Positions 35,149-49,550 of a stretch of DNA of 64,000 bases are shown piece after piece (the stretch's first letter is position 1; every line of letters starts with the position of its first letter). Location of the stretch: the NCBI GenBank assembly GCA_907165135.1, contig OU015567.1, positions 12,958,001 through 13,022,000 on the forward strand. The letters are read 5' to 3'. Source of the DNA: Oikopleura dioica (taxonomy: Eukaryota > Animalia > Chordata). Below the pieces are notes generated by a model that saw only the letters and a list, made by a program, of their open reading frames with translations, ran no database searches and had not been told where the DNA came from. Made by a program: the position numbers and the translations under genes.

Positions 35149-38100
35149 TTATTGTTTCGTAAAAAACTTGAGAGCGTAGCGTCGTATGTGAATATTGTCG
35201 GTGTAATTCCATTCTTAAATTAGGGCTTGGGAGCCAATAAGTTTCAGAAGCTCTTACCTATAGATATTGAAGTTTCCTTGGTATTGAGCAAATATGGTTG
35301 GTCGCCCGAATGCTCGCCAATTTGACGTTTTGAGCAGCCAAAGCCGGCAAAGATTCGCACGACATCAGAGGGGTCCGACCTGAACTCTTCGAAATCAAGG
35401 GTGATTGGCTTGCCATCGGGAGAATCAATTTTGTAGATGCATTTTCCTTGTCCTTAAATCAAACATGAAAGAATTTAGCCTCGTTTGTCGCAATACCTGT
35501 CCAGCTCTGAGGGTGATTTTCGGAAAATAAGAATCTTGGAGTTGCGAGCGCAGTTTGAAATTTTGGACTGCCACATTCGAGGATGCTCTCACAGTTTTCT
35601 TCGTCTTCTCCGTCCGCGCAATCATTGATACCATTGCAGACCTAACATCAAATGATTGCTGGATCTTTATTTAGGACTTACAAATTCCGGCGAGATGCAA
35701 TAAACTTGGCGCATTCCTGTGGACTTGCACTTGAACTGACCCTCGCATGGATAGACTCCATCGACAGCGATTTCTTCGCGGAAGCTTTCGAATCTCATGT
35801 CGAGCAAAGAGTTCTCCGTTTCCATATCGATTTGAAGAGTCAGCGTACCGCCTGGCGACGACGAAAAATACTTCGGCACGGTCTTGTAGACAAGCCATGT
35901 GTGGTTGATGGAGTCAAATGTTGAGACTTTGAATTTCCGGTCGGAAACAAGCTTGTCTATTCGAATGATATTGATGGAATTTGGTGAAGACGGAATGATC
36001 CAACGGCATTTTGTAACATCTGTTGATACGGATACCTTGTTTATAGATTAATTTATGTATTTCTACTACTTTTATAACTCTACAAAATAATATCTGATAT
36101 TTATTGGGGCCAATATTAAAATAAAAAGGAAAATAAAATCGAAAGTTGTTTTTTTTTTCAGACTTACTGATGTTCCTATTTTTTCAATCCAAGAACTGCC
36201 GCCACACCCCGAGTCACATTCCCGCTCATCGGTTCCGTCCGAGCAGTCGACTTGGCCGTTGCAGACGTTCTTCCGGTCGATACAAACCCGATCTTTTTTA
36301 CACAAGAATTGTCCAGGGCATTCTTGTTGAACCCATTTCGTGAGACCCTTAGTATCACGTCATCGTAAAGACCTTATAAAAGCTCTATTTCGTTACCTGA
36401 ATATCCGAGACAACATTGAGTCCAGCCCTCATACTTGGCCAAGTCGCAGAGCGTCCTTCTATGTCACCGTCATTTGGTTGCGTTATTCCAATCAAGTGCC
36501 ATTTTTGATTCCACGACTGACAAAAGAGTCCAGTGCCGTGGTCATCGTGAAATGGCTGGACAAGGAGCATTCTGTAACCAGCTTTGAGCACGTCTTCGTC
36601 GCTTGATGTTACTAAAGCGAGACATGAGTTTCTTAACGTTCTCGAATATTGTGTAACAGTAAGTAACGCCTGTAAGAATTTTTTACCTGGAACCATGCTC
36701 TGCCATTTCGTAAACGTATCCCCGAGCAGATCTCTTCTATGCCCAACAAGTTGGCAAAGATGCGGCTTCTCCAAAGCAAAGTCAAATCGATGCGTTTCAT
36801 CAAAATCGAAACAAACTGGATACTGCATGATCTCCTCCGAGCTTTCAATTCCAATTAAAGCCATATTGCCATGATCCTCGAGATCGGAATTATGCAGGAT
36901 AATTTGCGTTACTCGTTGAATTACCAAGTCGCCTTGAACGGAAAAGTGTTCTATTTTTGTTTTTTCAATTGGAGGTTATTATTGATAGAATCATATTCTA
37001 TTTGTCATTCAAAGACACGACGAAACGGAATCGCTCTGGAAAAAAGTAATTTATGAAAAAACATTCCTATGCTGAAGTCTTTCGTCGTGACGTTTATATC
37101 GTACTCATCATCGTTTTCCTCTTGACAGCCTCCATAAGACATCCATGACGTTTTCGATTTTGTCCTTGTTACTCCTTTTTGAACACATCTAGCGGAGGTG
37201 ATGTACCAGTCTTTTGCGACCATATGAACCGAGCATTCAAACTTACTTTCATCGGTTATAAATGCGCGTTTTGTGCATAATCTCTGTATCATAAAATGAT
37301 CTTATATATCATATATTATACATGTATATGATACATGTATATGATATATGACATTTTTTACATCAGATATGCTACATATCATATGTAATTATTTCATCAT
37401 ATATGGCTTAAAATTTGGATAATAGTAGATTTTCAAATCGATGCATCTCTAGTTGAGATCGGTCCATCAGTGCAATTATCTGATTTTAAAATAGAAAAGA
37501 GGTAGTTTCTGAAGATTCTATTTATAATGTTACTTTCTTTGAAGAAAACTCCATAGAAAGCCTCATCTTAATTATTTTATCGCATAAACTTACATTAACA
37601 TTCCAATATCAAATGGTTACATGTCTTAAAATAGATGCATAAACCGGCTCCTATTGAAGTGAAGAGATGCAGTCCAAGCCCATCTATATTGAACATTCAT
37701 GAATCTTGCCCTTCCAATAGCCCAACCCATAGATCTAATATAAAAATGATTGTAAACACGGATGTTAACAAGACGAACCTTGGTTCAGGATCAGGGAGCC
37801 CACAAACCGGCGATTCTGTGACTGTAGAGCAGCCAGCCTCATCGGCGCCGTATCGACAATCCCACTTTCCATCGCATAATTTTTGAGTCTCCTCGCCATC
37901 GCAGAAATTAACATAGTTGTCTTCTCGACAAGCGGCGAGATTCTTGTACGATTTATCCTCACAAAAAGTTTCATAAACTTCTTTAGATTCTTCAGACAAA
38001 CAGTTTTCCTCGTCCGCTGAATTTGGGCAGTCGGAGTAGCCATCGCAGCGGAACTCAGATAAGATACACGTAAAGGCGTCATCCTCGCAGTCGAATAGAC

Positions 38101-41100
38101 CGTCTCCCGTACAATCTCGGCATTTTCCTTGAGAAATTTTAATTTGGTCTAAGGCCATGTCGCTTCTATATCCGGCGCCCGCCTCGGCTTCCCAGACGAG
38201 ATTGAATTTGGTGTACGGATAGAACGTAAGAGACACTTGCTCCCATGGCTCTTCTTCTTCTTCGACTCGCTGTTGCCCATGCTGCTCCCAGAGTAAACTT
38301 TTCCGTCTGCCTTCATATTCTTCATTCACGAGAAACAGTCTCAGCGTGCCCATATCGCTGCCATACATATCGAAATAAAACTGAATACAGTGAGGATCCA
38401 GATCAAGATTAACATTGTCCGCTTCTCCGAAATAATCAATAGTGGGCGTGAATACTCGACCAAGGCTGCCTTCGTTCTTGTCTGTCGCTTCGAAATAAAT
38501 ATAATAGCCAGTAAGGGAAACGTCGTATGGAGGGCCAGTCTCTGAGGATGGGGTTCCATCCCGCATTCGAATCCACTCGGCAGTGTTGCCAATACCATTG
38601 TGAAAGTCGCACATGTCAAAGTCGAAATTGCAGGTGAAAAGAACATTCGCTGGCATTGGCGTTGTTGGAGGTCGTTGTATAAGCAGCACGTGAATTTCGA
38701 ACCCCTCGTAGCCGTGCACGTTGTCCGACAAAAAGTGCAGACGCGCTTTTGTGCTTCTGACTTCAAGTCGACTCGGGACTTCTTTGCCCAAAGCGCCACA
38801 AAGTTTCATGCCCCAGCCATTGTTTCCCTCGGAAATCGAGAGAGAATCGAATTGGCACTCGTTTGATTCTTCAACATGAAACTGTTTGACGTCAAGTTCC
38901 ATCATTAGTTCCTCATTGCTTATTCCAATCTCCCAGATACAATCGGCATTTGTCGGATAACCATTTGGAAATCCGGGGGATTTTAGAACAAGAACTCCAT
39001 TTCGAATATCAGATGTATAAGGACACGTCGCATTGTAGCTCGGCACAAGATTTTCCGCAGCGGTTGTATAAGTGGACGGAGCATTGGTACTGGTGGAATA
39101 CATGAAGGATGAATCAAACTCATTAGAATTATCGATGACGTAATCTTCAACGCGGAAGTACAGCAGAAAGCCAAGATGTTTATTCGTGTAATTGATGTCT
39201 TGATCGGTGGAGAAGCGAATAGTCACTGCTCCGTCAAATACCGGCTCCGGCGCTCCGTACATTTGAAGGCCAGGAGCGTATTCACGGCCGATTCGAATTG
39301 TTCCCAGTGAATCTGTAACGTCTAAATCGTCGTATTCGAACTCAAGATCCAATGTTTCGAACTCGAGGACCACTCGTTGATGCGCCTTCGCATCTATCAT
39401 CCAAATACATTCCTTATTTAGCGGTTTAGTTTCGAAGAAAATAATGTAGAATTTGGAGTCCAAATTTTGGACTCAAATGAACTTCAATGAGAATCGAAAG
39501 CGAATGATTCTTTAATATATTTTCTTTGCTGTGGACGAGGCTGAATCACTAAACCCTTCCTGATGCCCTGGGTAGGGATTCGGCCAGCTTGGGCTAGCTA
39601 TATAACCGGAAGTAGGGCCTAGTTTCCCGCCGCAGCTGCCGACAACTTCACTCGCCAATGCGTGACTTCGTCGCTGCTGATAGACCACATCGATGCGGAA
39701 GTAAGCCTCTACTTCAGTCAGCCCGACGAATTGAATGATGACCTGAGAACTTGTCTCAATCGGTGGCGGAAGCTCAGACCCAGAATATGAAGCATAGAAG
39801 TTATTTGGTAACATCTTGTCAAAATATATATGGAAGAGGCCGACGTCAGCTGGGATGTCGAACTCAGTAAATTCTTTTGAGGTTAGGTATGTTTATTCGA
39901 GCATTATTTACTTCCGGGGGAGACAAGACAAACTAATGCAACGTCTGGATTCTGATTCAAATTTCCGATATCTAACCTTCCTATCAACGTAATATACCCA
40001 TCTGCAGCTTTCGGTATAGTCCAAAGACATTTGCTCTCGGCAACGTTTTTCATAGATGTTCCCCATTCGAAATAGAAAGGCTCGTCTAGGAGAGGACCAC
40101 CACACTGGGAGTCAAGTCTTATTTGCGTATCTTCCATCGGCATTTCATCGAGAAGACGGTACTGAATTTGGAAACCAGCCCAAATATGCCAGAGCTACGA
40201 TATAGTTTTAATTTATGTGACATAAATTAGCTTCGTTCATATCATACCTTATGAGTACCAGACGTGAATCTGATGGTTATATCAGAGTCGTTTATATAAA
40301 GATTTTGACTGAATGCTGCATCGTCGAAGTGTCCGATTCCCGAGTAAGATTGAATAAGATTATCTGGCTGAACTTCACCGGCATAAATACGGAGTCTGCT
40401 TCTTGTTTCCTTAATTTCGGGTCATATTTATAAAAAATACCCTGTGTTTACCTCTTTAGGCAAAGCAAAATACAGCGGAGAGAGCTCAATCACACGTGCA
40501 GATTGCCTCATGATTTTTACCGTGCAGTCAATATCCGGTCCATATTCATTTGGCCAGCCGTCTGACTGGATAAAACCGGAACGTCCGCGTGCGACAACTG
40601 CACCACTACATATTGTACTCTCCGGTTTACGGGCAGTCAGTTCAGATGGTTCGGTATCTGTCTGGAAATTCGTCGTTTCCACAATCCAGTCCAAATATTT
40701 ATCAACCCTGGTCAATACATCAGGAGCATTCTTCTCCGCACACCCGCTTGACCAACTAACGATTCCTGTTAGGTAGAAGGTTCCGTTGTTTTCGCACATT
40801 AGAGGCCCGCCACTGTCACCATGACAGATTCCGACACCGCCGGTGTCCATCTTTCCAGCACACAACTGATTGTCTGTAATGGGTGAGCCGTTTCGAGCAA
40901 AATCAACATGCGAGTACTCCCCAACACCGCATTTCGAATTGGGAATAATGGGCGAAGAGACATCGTACATGATACTCGGGAACCCATTCACATTATCCTT
41001 ATGACGGGTAAAATATTATAACAACGAATATTCAAGAATTAAATTACCTTTGAGAGCTTTCCCCAACCAGCTAAATTACAAAGATTTCCTGGACCATGAA

Positions 41101-44100
41101 CGAATTTCAACGTTGGGAGGCATATCGGCTTAATTAAGTTCTATAGGTTTAATCAAGCTCGAATTCGAGTGCGAATAATTAGTCGGCACACATTTGTTTA
41201 ATTGCGAGTTTATGTTCTCTTAAACGCAATTCCAAAAACATGTTTTTGAACTTATCCTGAAGATATTTCGAAAAAGAGAGTTTTCTATCCAGCTGAACAA
41301 TTGCAATATCGTGATTCGGTACGTTCGAATCAGGGTAGTACTCTGGATGAATATAAGCTTGTTTCACACCACGACGAATAATCTCAGGAGATTTGTGATT
41401 GTTACCACCAACGAGGATGGTATGAACTTTGGGTAAATTCTTATCGAAGCAATGTCCTGCAGTGAGAACGAGTGAATCGCTTATGATCGCGCCACCACAG
41501 TTATGAACATTTCGAATTTGAAAGGACGCCATCCAGGGCCACTTGCCAAGATAAGTCTTTGACCCACCAACAATGCGGGTTACAGGGCGAGTGTTGACTT
41601 GTCGTTTGCCGCAAGCGTAGCTGGCACAATCTACTGTCCAGACCTTTCTCCCTGGACATGTTCCTGCCACAAGTTTGCCCTGAACCCAGTAATCTCCAGC
41701 AAGGTCATCAGTTTCAGGTAACGCGACAACAAAATTGTTGTTGTATGGAGAAACCAAGTTCTCATAATTAAAAGATGAAGCCGCCCAGAAGCCCATTTGA
41801 TAGCAGAGTCGATTAGCTATCTTTCTTGTGAAGTTTTTGTCAGCGCAGACTTGTGCCCAGCTTCCATCGATTTGTCGAACCTCTGCAACGTTAAACCCGT
41901 CGACTTGGTTCTCGCGAACGCAGTCAAGCTCGTCGTCTTCAGCCAAGCATCCAGGGTTTCCGTCACATTGGTAGTTGTCGTGAAGGCATTCGCCGTTCTT
42001 GCAAACAAACGAGCAATATGAATCATCGACTTGCTCGTACGAAATGAGCGGCATAGCATTTATCTGACCGTCGGCAGTAATCAAGACCAAATTAAAATCA
42101 ACGATTATAGTGGCTTCGTTGCTGTTCAAGAGATATTCTTTGACGACAGTGCCATTTATACCCTGCTCCAAATCGACAGAAACTCCGCCGTAATAAGAAT
42201 CAAGCGTTTTCAATCCTTCGAACATTGTCATGAATTTGATCTGATCAAGATCGCCAAACATTGTGACCTTCACAGCGATTTTCTTGCCCGGTCTTCCATG
42301 GATTCGCCACAAACACGAGGATCGTCCAGGCTTTGCTCCTAGACTTCCTTTAGTCTCGAAGTGTTCCGACTGGTCTCCACAGCCACTTGCGCAGCCCATT
42401 TCATCTGACCAGTCGTCGCAGTCATTGTCCGTGTCGCATAATTGATATGGCTCGACGCACTGTTTCCGATCACTTACGCAGGATAATTTTCCGTTACAGT
42501 TCGTAGCTGGACAGGCGCCATTTTGAAGTTCGATCCTAGACAGATAAGTTTCGTAGAGCCCCTTGTACTGGATCTTGGCCATGGCGCCCAGTGGAAACTT
42601 CTCATCGTCAAGTTTAACATCGATTGCCACGTCGACCCATGGATAGATCTTGTGCGGATTCGGACGTTCAAACTTGTGGAAAAGCGCTTTTTCGTATCCA
42701 TCGATGAGTAAATTAACCTTAATCTCGCCAGAAACGCGTTGTCGATAGCGGAATAGAACGCAATACTCGTCGTAAAAGGGCTTGCCGATGAAGAACTCGT
42801 CGGACTCATAAATGCTGTTCCATTGATTTTCTGATTTCAAAGTGATTGTATATCCTGGTTTAAGAACAGGAGCAAGTAATTCCGGATCAAATGGAGATTT
42901 CTCGTAGAGACGGTGTTGATGCTCGATGGTCAGTGAACCTTCATTTAGATGGAAGAAACAGTTTTCAATGTCCGCTATTGAGTTGAAATCGCACTTGTTT
43001 TGTCGAACAAAGCAACTTTTTTGGTCGATCGTAATATCGTCGACCAATGCAGCGCCGGACTTTCGCTCGGGCATAATTGCAATGAATGTCAAGTCATATC
43101 CAACTTTCTCAGTGGTCAAAAATTTATAGATAGTGAGATTTTTAGGGTTAATTGAACGAATCAATAAAATAGCCTTCATCAGCCTAGAACATCTGACTTA
43201 GAAGGGCATACCTTATATTAATAAAAAGCGCCCTGGCTAATCTAACGAAACTTCTTCTATAGAATTTCCTTTTATTAGATATAGATAATTTTATGACCAG
43301 CCCGATAGGCTTCGGAATATTGATTGCCACGTGCTCCCTAAACTCTCCAGTCGAGATTCCTTCAGACGACCATAGCAAATTTCCATTCATATTAACAACA
43401 AGCTCAGGCGTGAACACAATCGAGTATGAAAAACGTAAACACCATGAACTCGAATTTTCCGTCGGCTCCGAAGATTCTGCTGGTTGATGAACAGGCCATG
43501 TAAAGAACGCCATTCTTGGCTTCTTTGAGCCACTTCCCCAAGCTGAAGCAACGAAGTAACTGTATTCCTCAGCCGATGATTTAAGCTCTGGGACGTTCGT
43601 ATCCAAGCATTTGTATGACTTGACTGTTCGGAAACCTTTATCCTTTGCATAGCTGCTTGCGAAACTATTCACTTCTCTGAAGCTTCCATCAGAATGCTGC
43701 TTGTACGCGAGTTCCACTGGGCAAAATACAGTAACTGCATATGATCGAACATTCGCGCGACCTCCTAAGATTTCACAAATGTCGGTATGATGAGGGAATT
43801 GAATGTGTCGATAGACTCCTTCGCGACTGTCAGAAATGTATATTTTGAACTCATCGGCATTCTCTGGACATCTGACAACGCCAATCCAAACAGAATTATG
43901 CCGTTTGATGAACTTCGGATTCTTGCCCGTTCCACAACCACCGCATACATCTACATCATCTTCGTGAAAATCAAAGATGCGCCAGTCTGAGTCTTCTATG
44001 TTTCCAGTCTGCCAATCTGGCGAGACGATTGAATTTGTCTTACTTTAGTTCAGCCTTGTTTTCATATTTATATTTCAAAAAACACCTTATCTTTGAACCA

Positions 44101-47100
44101 TTTCCTTCGAAAGTCTAGGTGGTATTATCTTAGCAAAATCAGCTACCCAGGAAAAGAAGCTCTCCTGCGTATCTGGAAACTGAATACCGCAATCTTCTTT
44201 GGCTCCGAATGTACACTTCGTTTTTGCCTCACATATCCCGTTTTTAATTCTTATGTCGTCAATTGCAATATCCGAAGAGAATGTCCGCCCTCTGACCGCT
44301 GTAAGAACAATTTGGAAAGGACCATTCGATGGTATCACGCTTATTTCAGACTCCATCCACGACTGGCCCTGGTCTCCTGATTTCTGCCAAACGATAGACT
44401 CGACAGAATCAACTTCGTCACGACGTTCCACTTTCAGTTCTCCCATTTGTGCTCCATTCATCATATACTTGAAAGAGAGGCACACAGTTTGACTGATAAC
44501 GCTAGAAACCAACTCGGACTCATCGTCTTCGTTGATTTCCGAAGCTTCGAATAGAAGATAGCGATTGTTTTCATCGACGGAAAATGGCCCAGTTTCTTTG
44601 GATGGAGAAGGCTCATCTGTTAGCTTCCAGTTGATGGAACTCTCTCCGAAGTTCCATGTGCAGAGGCCGTCTTGAAATGTGCAATTTGACGAAAAATCTA
44701 GACAGTTTTGCTCGTCAGAACCATCGCGGCAGTCAAACTTGCCATCGCAGACAAGACTTTTGCTTTAATATAAGGTCAGTTTTATGATTTTCGTCAAAAA
44801 TAAAGAAAATGAAATCAAGGAAGAGAACGCATCATTAGACAAAATATGACCCCTTTCCTTATGCATCTTTTAGTCACATCACAAACAAAATCATCATCTT
44901 CTGTGCATTTTGGCTTTTGCGGGCATTCGAATCCTAGAAATTCCAAGTCTTCATCCTCTCCATACTGGCAATCGACGAACCCATCACAGAAATACTCTTT
45001 CGGGATACATTGTTTGCTTCTTGGGCACATTTCTTCCCAGACCTGGCAGGACTTGGAGCAGTACTCGTCATCCTTCGAGTCCGGGATGCAAACGTCATCT
45101 TGACAGAGGCCAACGGCGCATGGAAAGTCCATTTTTGGTTTGAGCTTCACCATCATCTCTGCATAATCCGGAGCATTGTAAAAGTCAACCCAGGTAATAT
45201 CACCAATTTTTCCAAGCGTTTGGCTAGCGAAAATGATTTATGCTTGGTTATATATTCTCAAAATATTTAGTATAAAAGATACCTAATTGACAACATATTT
45301 TCATCGGACAACGAAGCAGAAAATACTCTCCAAAGTGCCTTGCTTTTAATATCTTCAGCCATTATTTCAAAGTTATCGCCGTTTGAGTCGATTTTCTCAA
45401 CCCTGTTCATCAATGAGTTCCTCCAGCAGACGTCCCCGGTTTTCAAGTCAACGGAAAGTCCATCAATATCGGTATCACCAAGGCTGAACCAAATCATCCT
45501 CTGGCCTTTGCCATTCAAGTCCGACCGCGAGACACTTTCGAGAACGCCGTCGCGAGAGGACCAGTACAGAAGCCGGCGGATAGGATCGACGGCAATAAAT
45601 CGTGGAATTCCATTATTAGAGGTAATAATTTGCTTCGTCGCTTTAACGTTTCCCTTGAACATGATGGAGAAATTAAGCATAAATTTAGAGCAAATGACGC
45701 GGGATTATATAATTGATAGGAATTTCAAAAAATAATCTTTCTTCGCATCATTTCCTGAAGAGCAGCCGAAATAGACGCAACACCGATGGAATACGTCCAC
45801 TGATCAGTAAAATATAAATTCTCTCCATACTTGTCAAGAGCAAGCCCAAAAGGCATATCTAAATCTCCGACAAGAGTGAGGTGAGGATATCCGTTCATTC
45901 CGGTAACAAGGATTTTTCGGTCTTTTGGCTTTGCATAGATCATGTATTTATTCGTCATTCTGGAGATCGGCTCCCAGTTTTCATAGTAGAGAACAGCCCC
46001 AATTTCATCAGGAGTTGTGGATCGAATGTTTGACAAACATTGAACAGCATTGCCCAGGAAAGAAAGAACGCATACTCCTCCAGAGCCGGAAAGTAAAAGA
46101 TTGCGATCTGTGGGATGGTTATGATTAGAGTTAGTCATTTGTCCTGGAAGATTTTTTATCGTCAGAATGATGCTATGATTGATGAAAGTTTCAGCCTGAA
46201 ACTACCAGGCAGAGTTAGTCGGACATGACTAACCAGAGTGGAAATTTTCATGGTCAAAAGCCACAGGAATTCGTTATCCTAACGACGACTAGACGCTCTA
46301 CCCTTCAGGATTTTCACATTTAAATCATACTCAGTAATCGTAAAACCATTCCTAAAACTGGTTTCGTCGGACTGAGAGTAAAGCAAGATTCAACTTTAGC
46401 CGCAAGAGAGCTCACTCCATTTGATACTGTAAAAGTTTTTATCTTATAATGAGCGCCAGGAAGTAAGTTATCAAAGACCATCGTATAGAATTGGCCACCA
46501 AGAGAGTCCTTATCCGAAATCGTCGTGTTGTGTTCGGTCTTTCCAAAAGCAGAAGTGATTGTTATGAAAAAATAATCAAAGATTCCATTTTTAGGCGCAG
46601 CGAGCTTCAACTGGACGGAACTTTGTGTTATTAAACCAATCGAGATTTTCTCGGGCTCTTCAGGTGGCACAACTACTTTCCTCATGTTTGGGACGGAGAC
46701 GACGTTTTTGATTCCGACTTTGGTCATCTCAACTTGATATTGTTGACCCGGGGTCACAAGTTTGAAGAAACGATGATTTTCCATCATACCAGAAGAGAGC
46801 TCTGAAGTCACACTTCTTGACTTGTCTTCCTCAAGAGGAGGAGTGATTGTTAAACGAGCAATGGAATCGTCTTGTTCTTCGTCCCATTTGACTTCAAGGA
46901 ATGGTTCGTAAGTACTCTCCACGCAGGTTTCGGCACGAACTTCTAAGTTCTCCAGGGGATTTGACTCAGTTGAAAACATAATGATAATTGATTTCCCTGA
47001 ATCTCTCAATAAACAGGTTCAAAATCAGGTAAGAATCAAATGTTCATCTCATGAAATTTTGAACCTCATCTTGACAATGGGTGTTATTTCGAGAGCATAT

Positions 47101-48958
47101 GCAGTTCCAGGTCGCAGTCCTTTTATAATCCGTTCGGTCTTTGTTCCTTGCGCCTGTACCAGCTCGCCATGCTCAGGAGTCCAGCTCAGAGCATAATCAG
47201 TGACGAGATTCGAGTTTGCGCCGGCCCAAGTGATCTTTGCCATGGTTGCAATTGGAGTAACCATTATTGGTCCAAGAAGAGAAATGCTTTTCACGTCGGA
47301 AATTGAACTGATGTACGCTTTCTTCAATTGATCGTATTCTAGAGCAGCTTCGATGCCCGGGTAATTTGTGCTTAGCTCGCAAATAGCCGAGCTAACGGAA
47401 GCTCCAGCTAGTGGCAGTTCCGATGATCCACGAAGAGCGATTAAATAATCATCATTTTTTTCAGTGACAGATTTAGCAAGAAGTTTTGGATCGACGTCGT
47501 TATAGACGACGCTGATGATTTTCACGCCTTGTCGTAAAAGTGACTTTCTTTGCTCTAAAAAGCTATCCGCCGAGGGAGATTTCGTGATGACAACAACGAC
47601 TGTAAACTTGTCCGATCTCGATCCAAACTTAGGGTGGCTGATGGCAGTGTTGAGGTAGGAGAAAGCCTTGCCAAGAAAAGAGCGAGTATTCTTCGTTGTT
47701 TGTCCATTTGTCATCTTCTTGAGATAAGTGAGCAACTTTGGCTTGCTTGTTTGCAGCGGGAGATCAATGTTGGCCTGATTGCGATAACGAACGATGGAAA
47801 CATGTGTCTCATCCTTTTTCGAGGTCAATCAAATGTCTTTCTTGCGAAATAAGCAAGCTCATGGTTAGACCCAATCCTTAGCAACGCGCAAGCACTGAAC
47901 AACATTTCGAATCAGATCTTTTGCCTTATCAAAGCCCTGCTGATGGTCCGAAGTATCCACGAGAAAGATCAAATCAATGTCCGCCTTTTGCACGCACCGA
48001 GCCACCACATCAGGAGATTTACAAGTGTTAGGAACATCGCCCCGTGTGAATTTATCCTTGAAAGTTGTCTTTTTCGAAGATAAAAGTTTGATTTTTGGCT
48101 GATCAGCTCAATGTGTAACCAATAATGATGATTTCAAAAAACTTTTTGTGGGGCCGGAAATCGTAAAAAATCTGTAAGTGCAGTTTTCTTCAGCTTATCG
48201 AGACGAGTCGAATGATGGGTTTAGCTCCTGATAACTGTTAGGATTTACCGGTTTACCGGCTGGTTACCGGAAAATACGTTGTCACCGGCCGTTTTTGTTC
48301 TAGAAGTGGTAAACAGATGATCGACCCAGGAAATTGTTCCTTATAGTCGGTTCTACTCTAGGCTAAAAGATGAGGCTCTTATCAATACTTTGAAGAGAGT
48401 TATCACAAAAACAGTAAATTTTACATACATTTTGTAGTTGCTGCACGTTCCTGATTTTTAGTCCCATTTCTGCCATAAATAGTATTTTAGTGATAACTCT
48501 CTTCAGAGTATTGATACGAGCCTAATCTTTGAGCCTAAAGTAGAACTGACTAAAAGGAACAATTTCCTGGGTCGATCATCTGTTTACCACTTCTAGAACA
48601 AAAACGGCCGGTGACAACGTATTTTCCGGTAACCAGCCGGTAAACCGGTAAATCCTAACAGTTATCAGGAGCTAGACCCATCATTCGACTCGTCTCGATA
48701 AGCTGAAGAAAACTGCACTTACAGATTTTTTACGATTTCCGGCCCCACAAAAAGTTTTTTGAAATCATCAATGACCATGGACGTTGGTCTATTACTATTT
48801 TGAGCAACGCGAAATTGGGGCCACTTAGCGGTTCTATCGGTTTCAAGAGCACCTTTTCTAGTAATTAATTATTTTCACCTTCGTCCCTGTGCTACAGTCC
48901 ATCTTCCTGAAAGCAGGAGAAAAGTAGAAAGAAGCGTCCAAAGAGAAGTATTTCCCAT
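35149..48958 (-). CDS. Giant secreted mosaic serine protease (vWA, FN3, YWTD, LDLa, MAM, CUB, SRCR, active trypsin-fold domain, CUB/MAM/LDLa, inactive protease domain, LDLa/CUB)
   Basis: Signal peptide MGNTSLWTLLSTFLLLSG at 48958, vWA IDLIFLVDTS, FN3 pieces, YWTD-like LYFTDQW and LLYWSS, LDLa CDGxxDCxxGxDE repeats, MAM CTFQDGLCTW/CNFDFDMCDF, RIVGG...TAGHC...HDIAI...GDSGGP, CUB domains. Continuity was checked at several but not all junctions, so it could be more than one gene. Confidence 0.75.
48126..48770. mobile_element. Fold-back MITE, ~645 bp, long inverted arms
   Basis: 48126-~48340 is a near-perfect reverse complement of ~48556-48770 (one mismatch seen), with degenerate pairing continuing to ~48408/48491. 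No ORF. Target duplication is ambiguous (AATGA flanks 48129-48769). Confidence 0.88.
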
Positions 48959-49550
48959 GTCTTTGGTTGATCAAACTGGTTGTTTGTGAGTTTTGCCGTC
49001 ACTAGCATCCTCGAAAAGGCCGCATCGGGAGACAACCTTCCTTGTCCTAAAGTTTTTGTCCTTCCGACGAGATTTACCGCCCTCTAGCGATTCGTACTAA
49101 AAATAACCTACACGTCCAGTTCTAGTAACAATCTAAGAATAAAATCGAAAATTCTAGTAACCTTCAAGAATCGATTTCTGTTCCCGATAATCGGGGCCCG
49201 ATTTTTCTGTTAGAAAAATAGTTGAATTAACATTTTCGTGGGAGAATTTTGCACAATATTTTCATACATCAATGGCACTTTTTTGCAGACAGATCACGTG
49301 GATAAAGAACCCGCCGCGTTGTAATCCGCGGCTCAAGATGGCTGGATTATCCGCTCGTGCTCCTTTCTCACTGACCTGATCTTTCTTCAAATGCGTTCTA
49401 TCTTCGTTGCTACTTTTCTTTTGTGATCTCTTTAATTTTTATGCTCTCTTGTTCCGTGTTTATGATTTTTTGATGGGGTTTTGAGAAAATACGATTACAA
49501 AATAAGAAAAACGATCAAAAAATTGAATATGAATGTGAAAGGAAAAGGGA

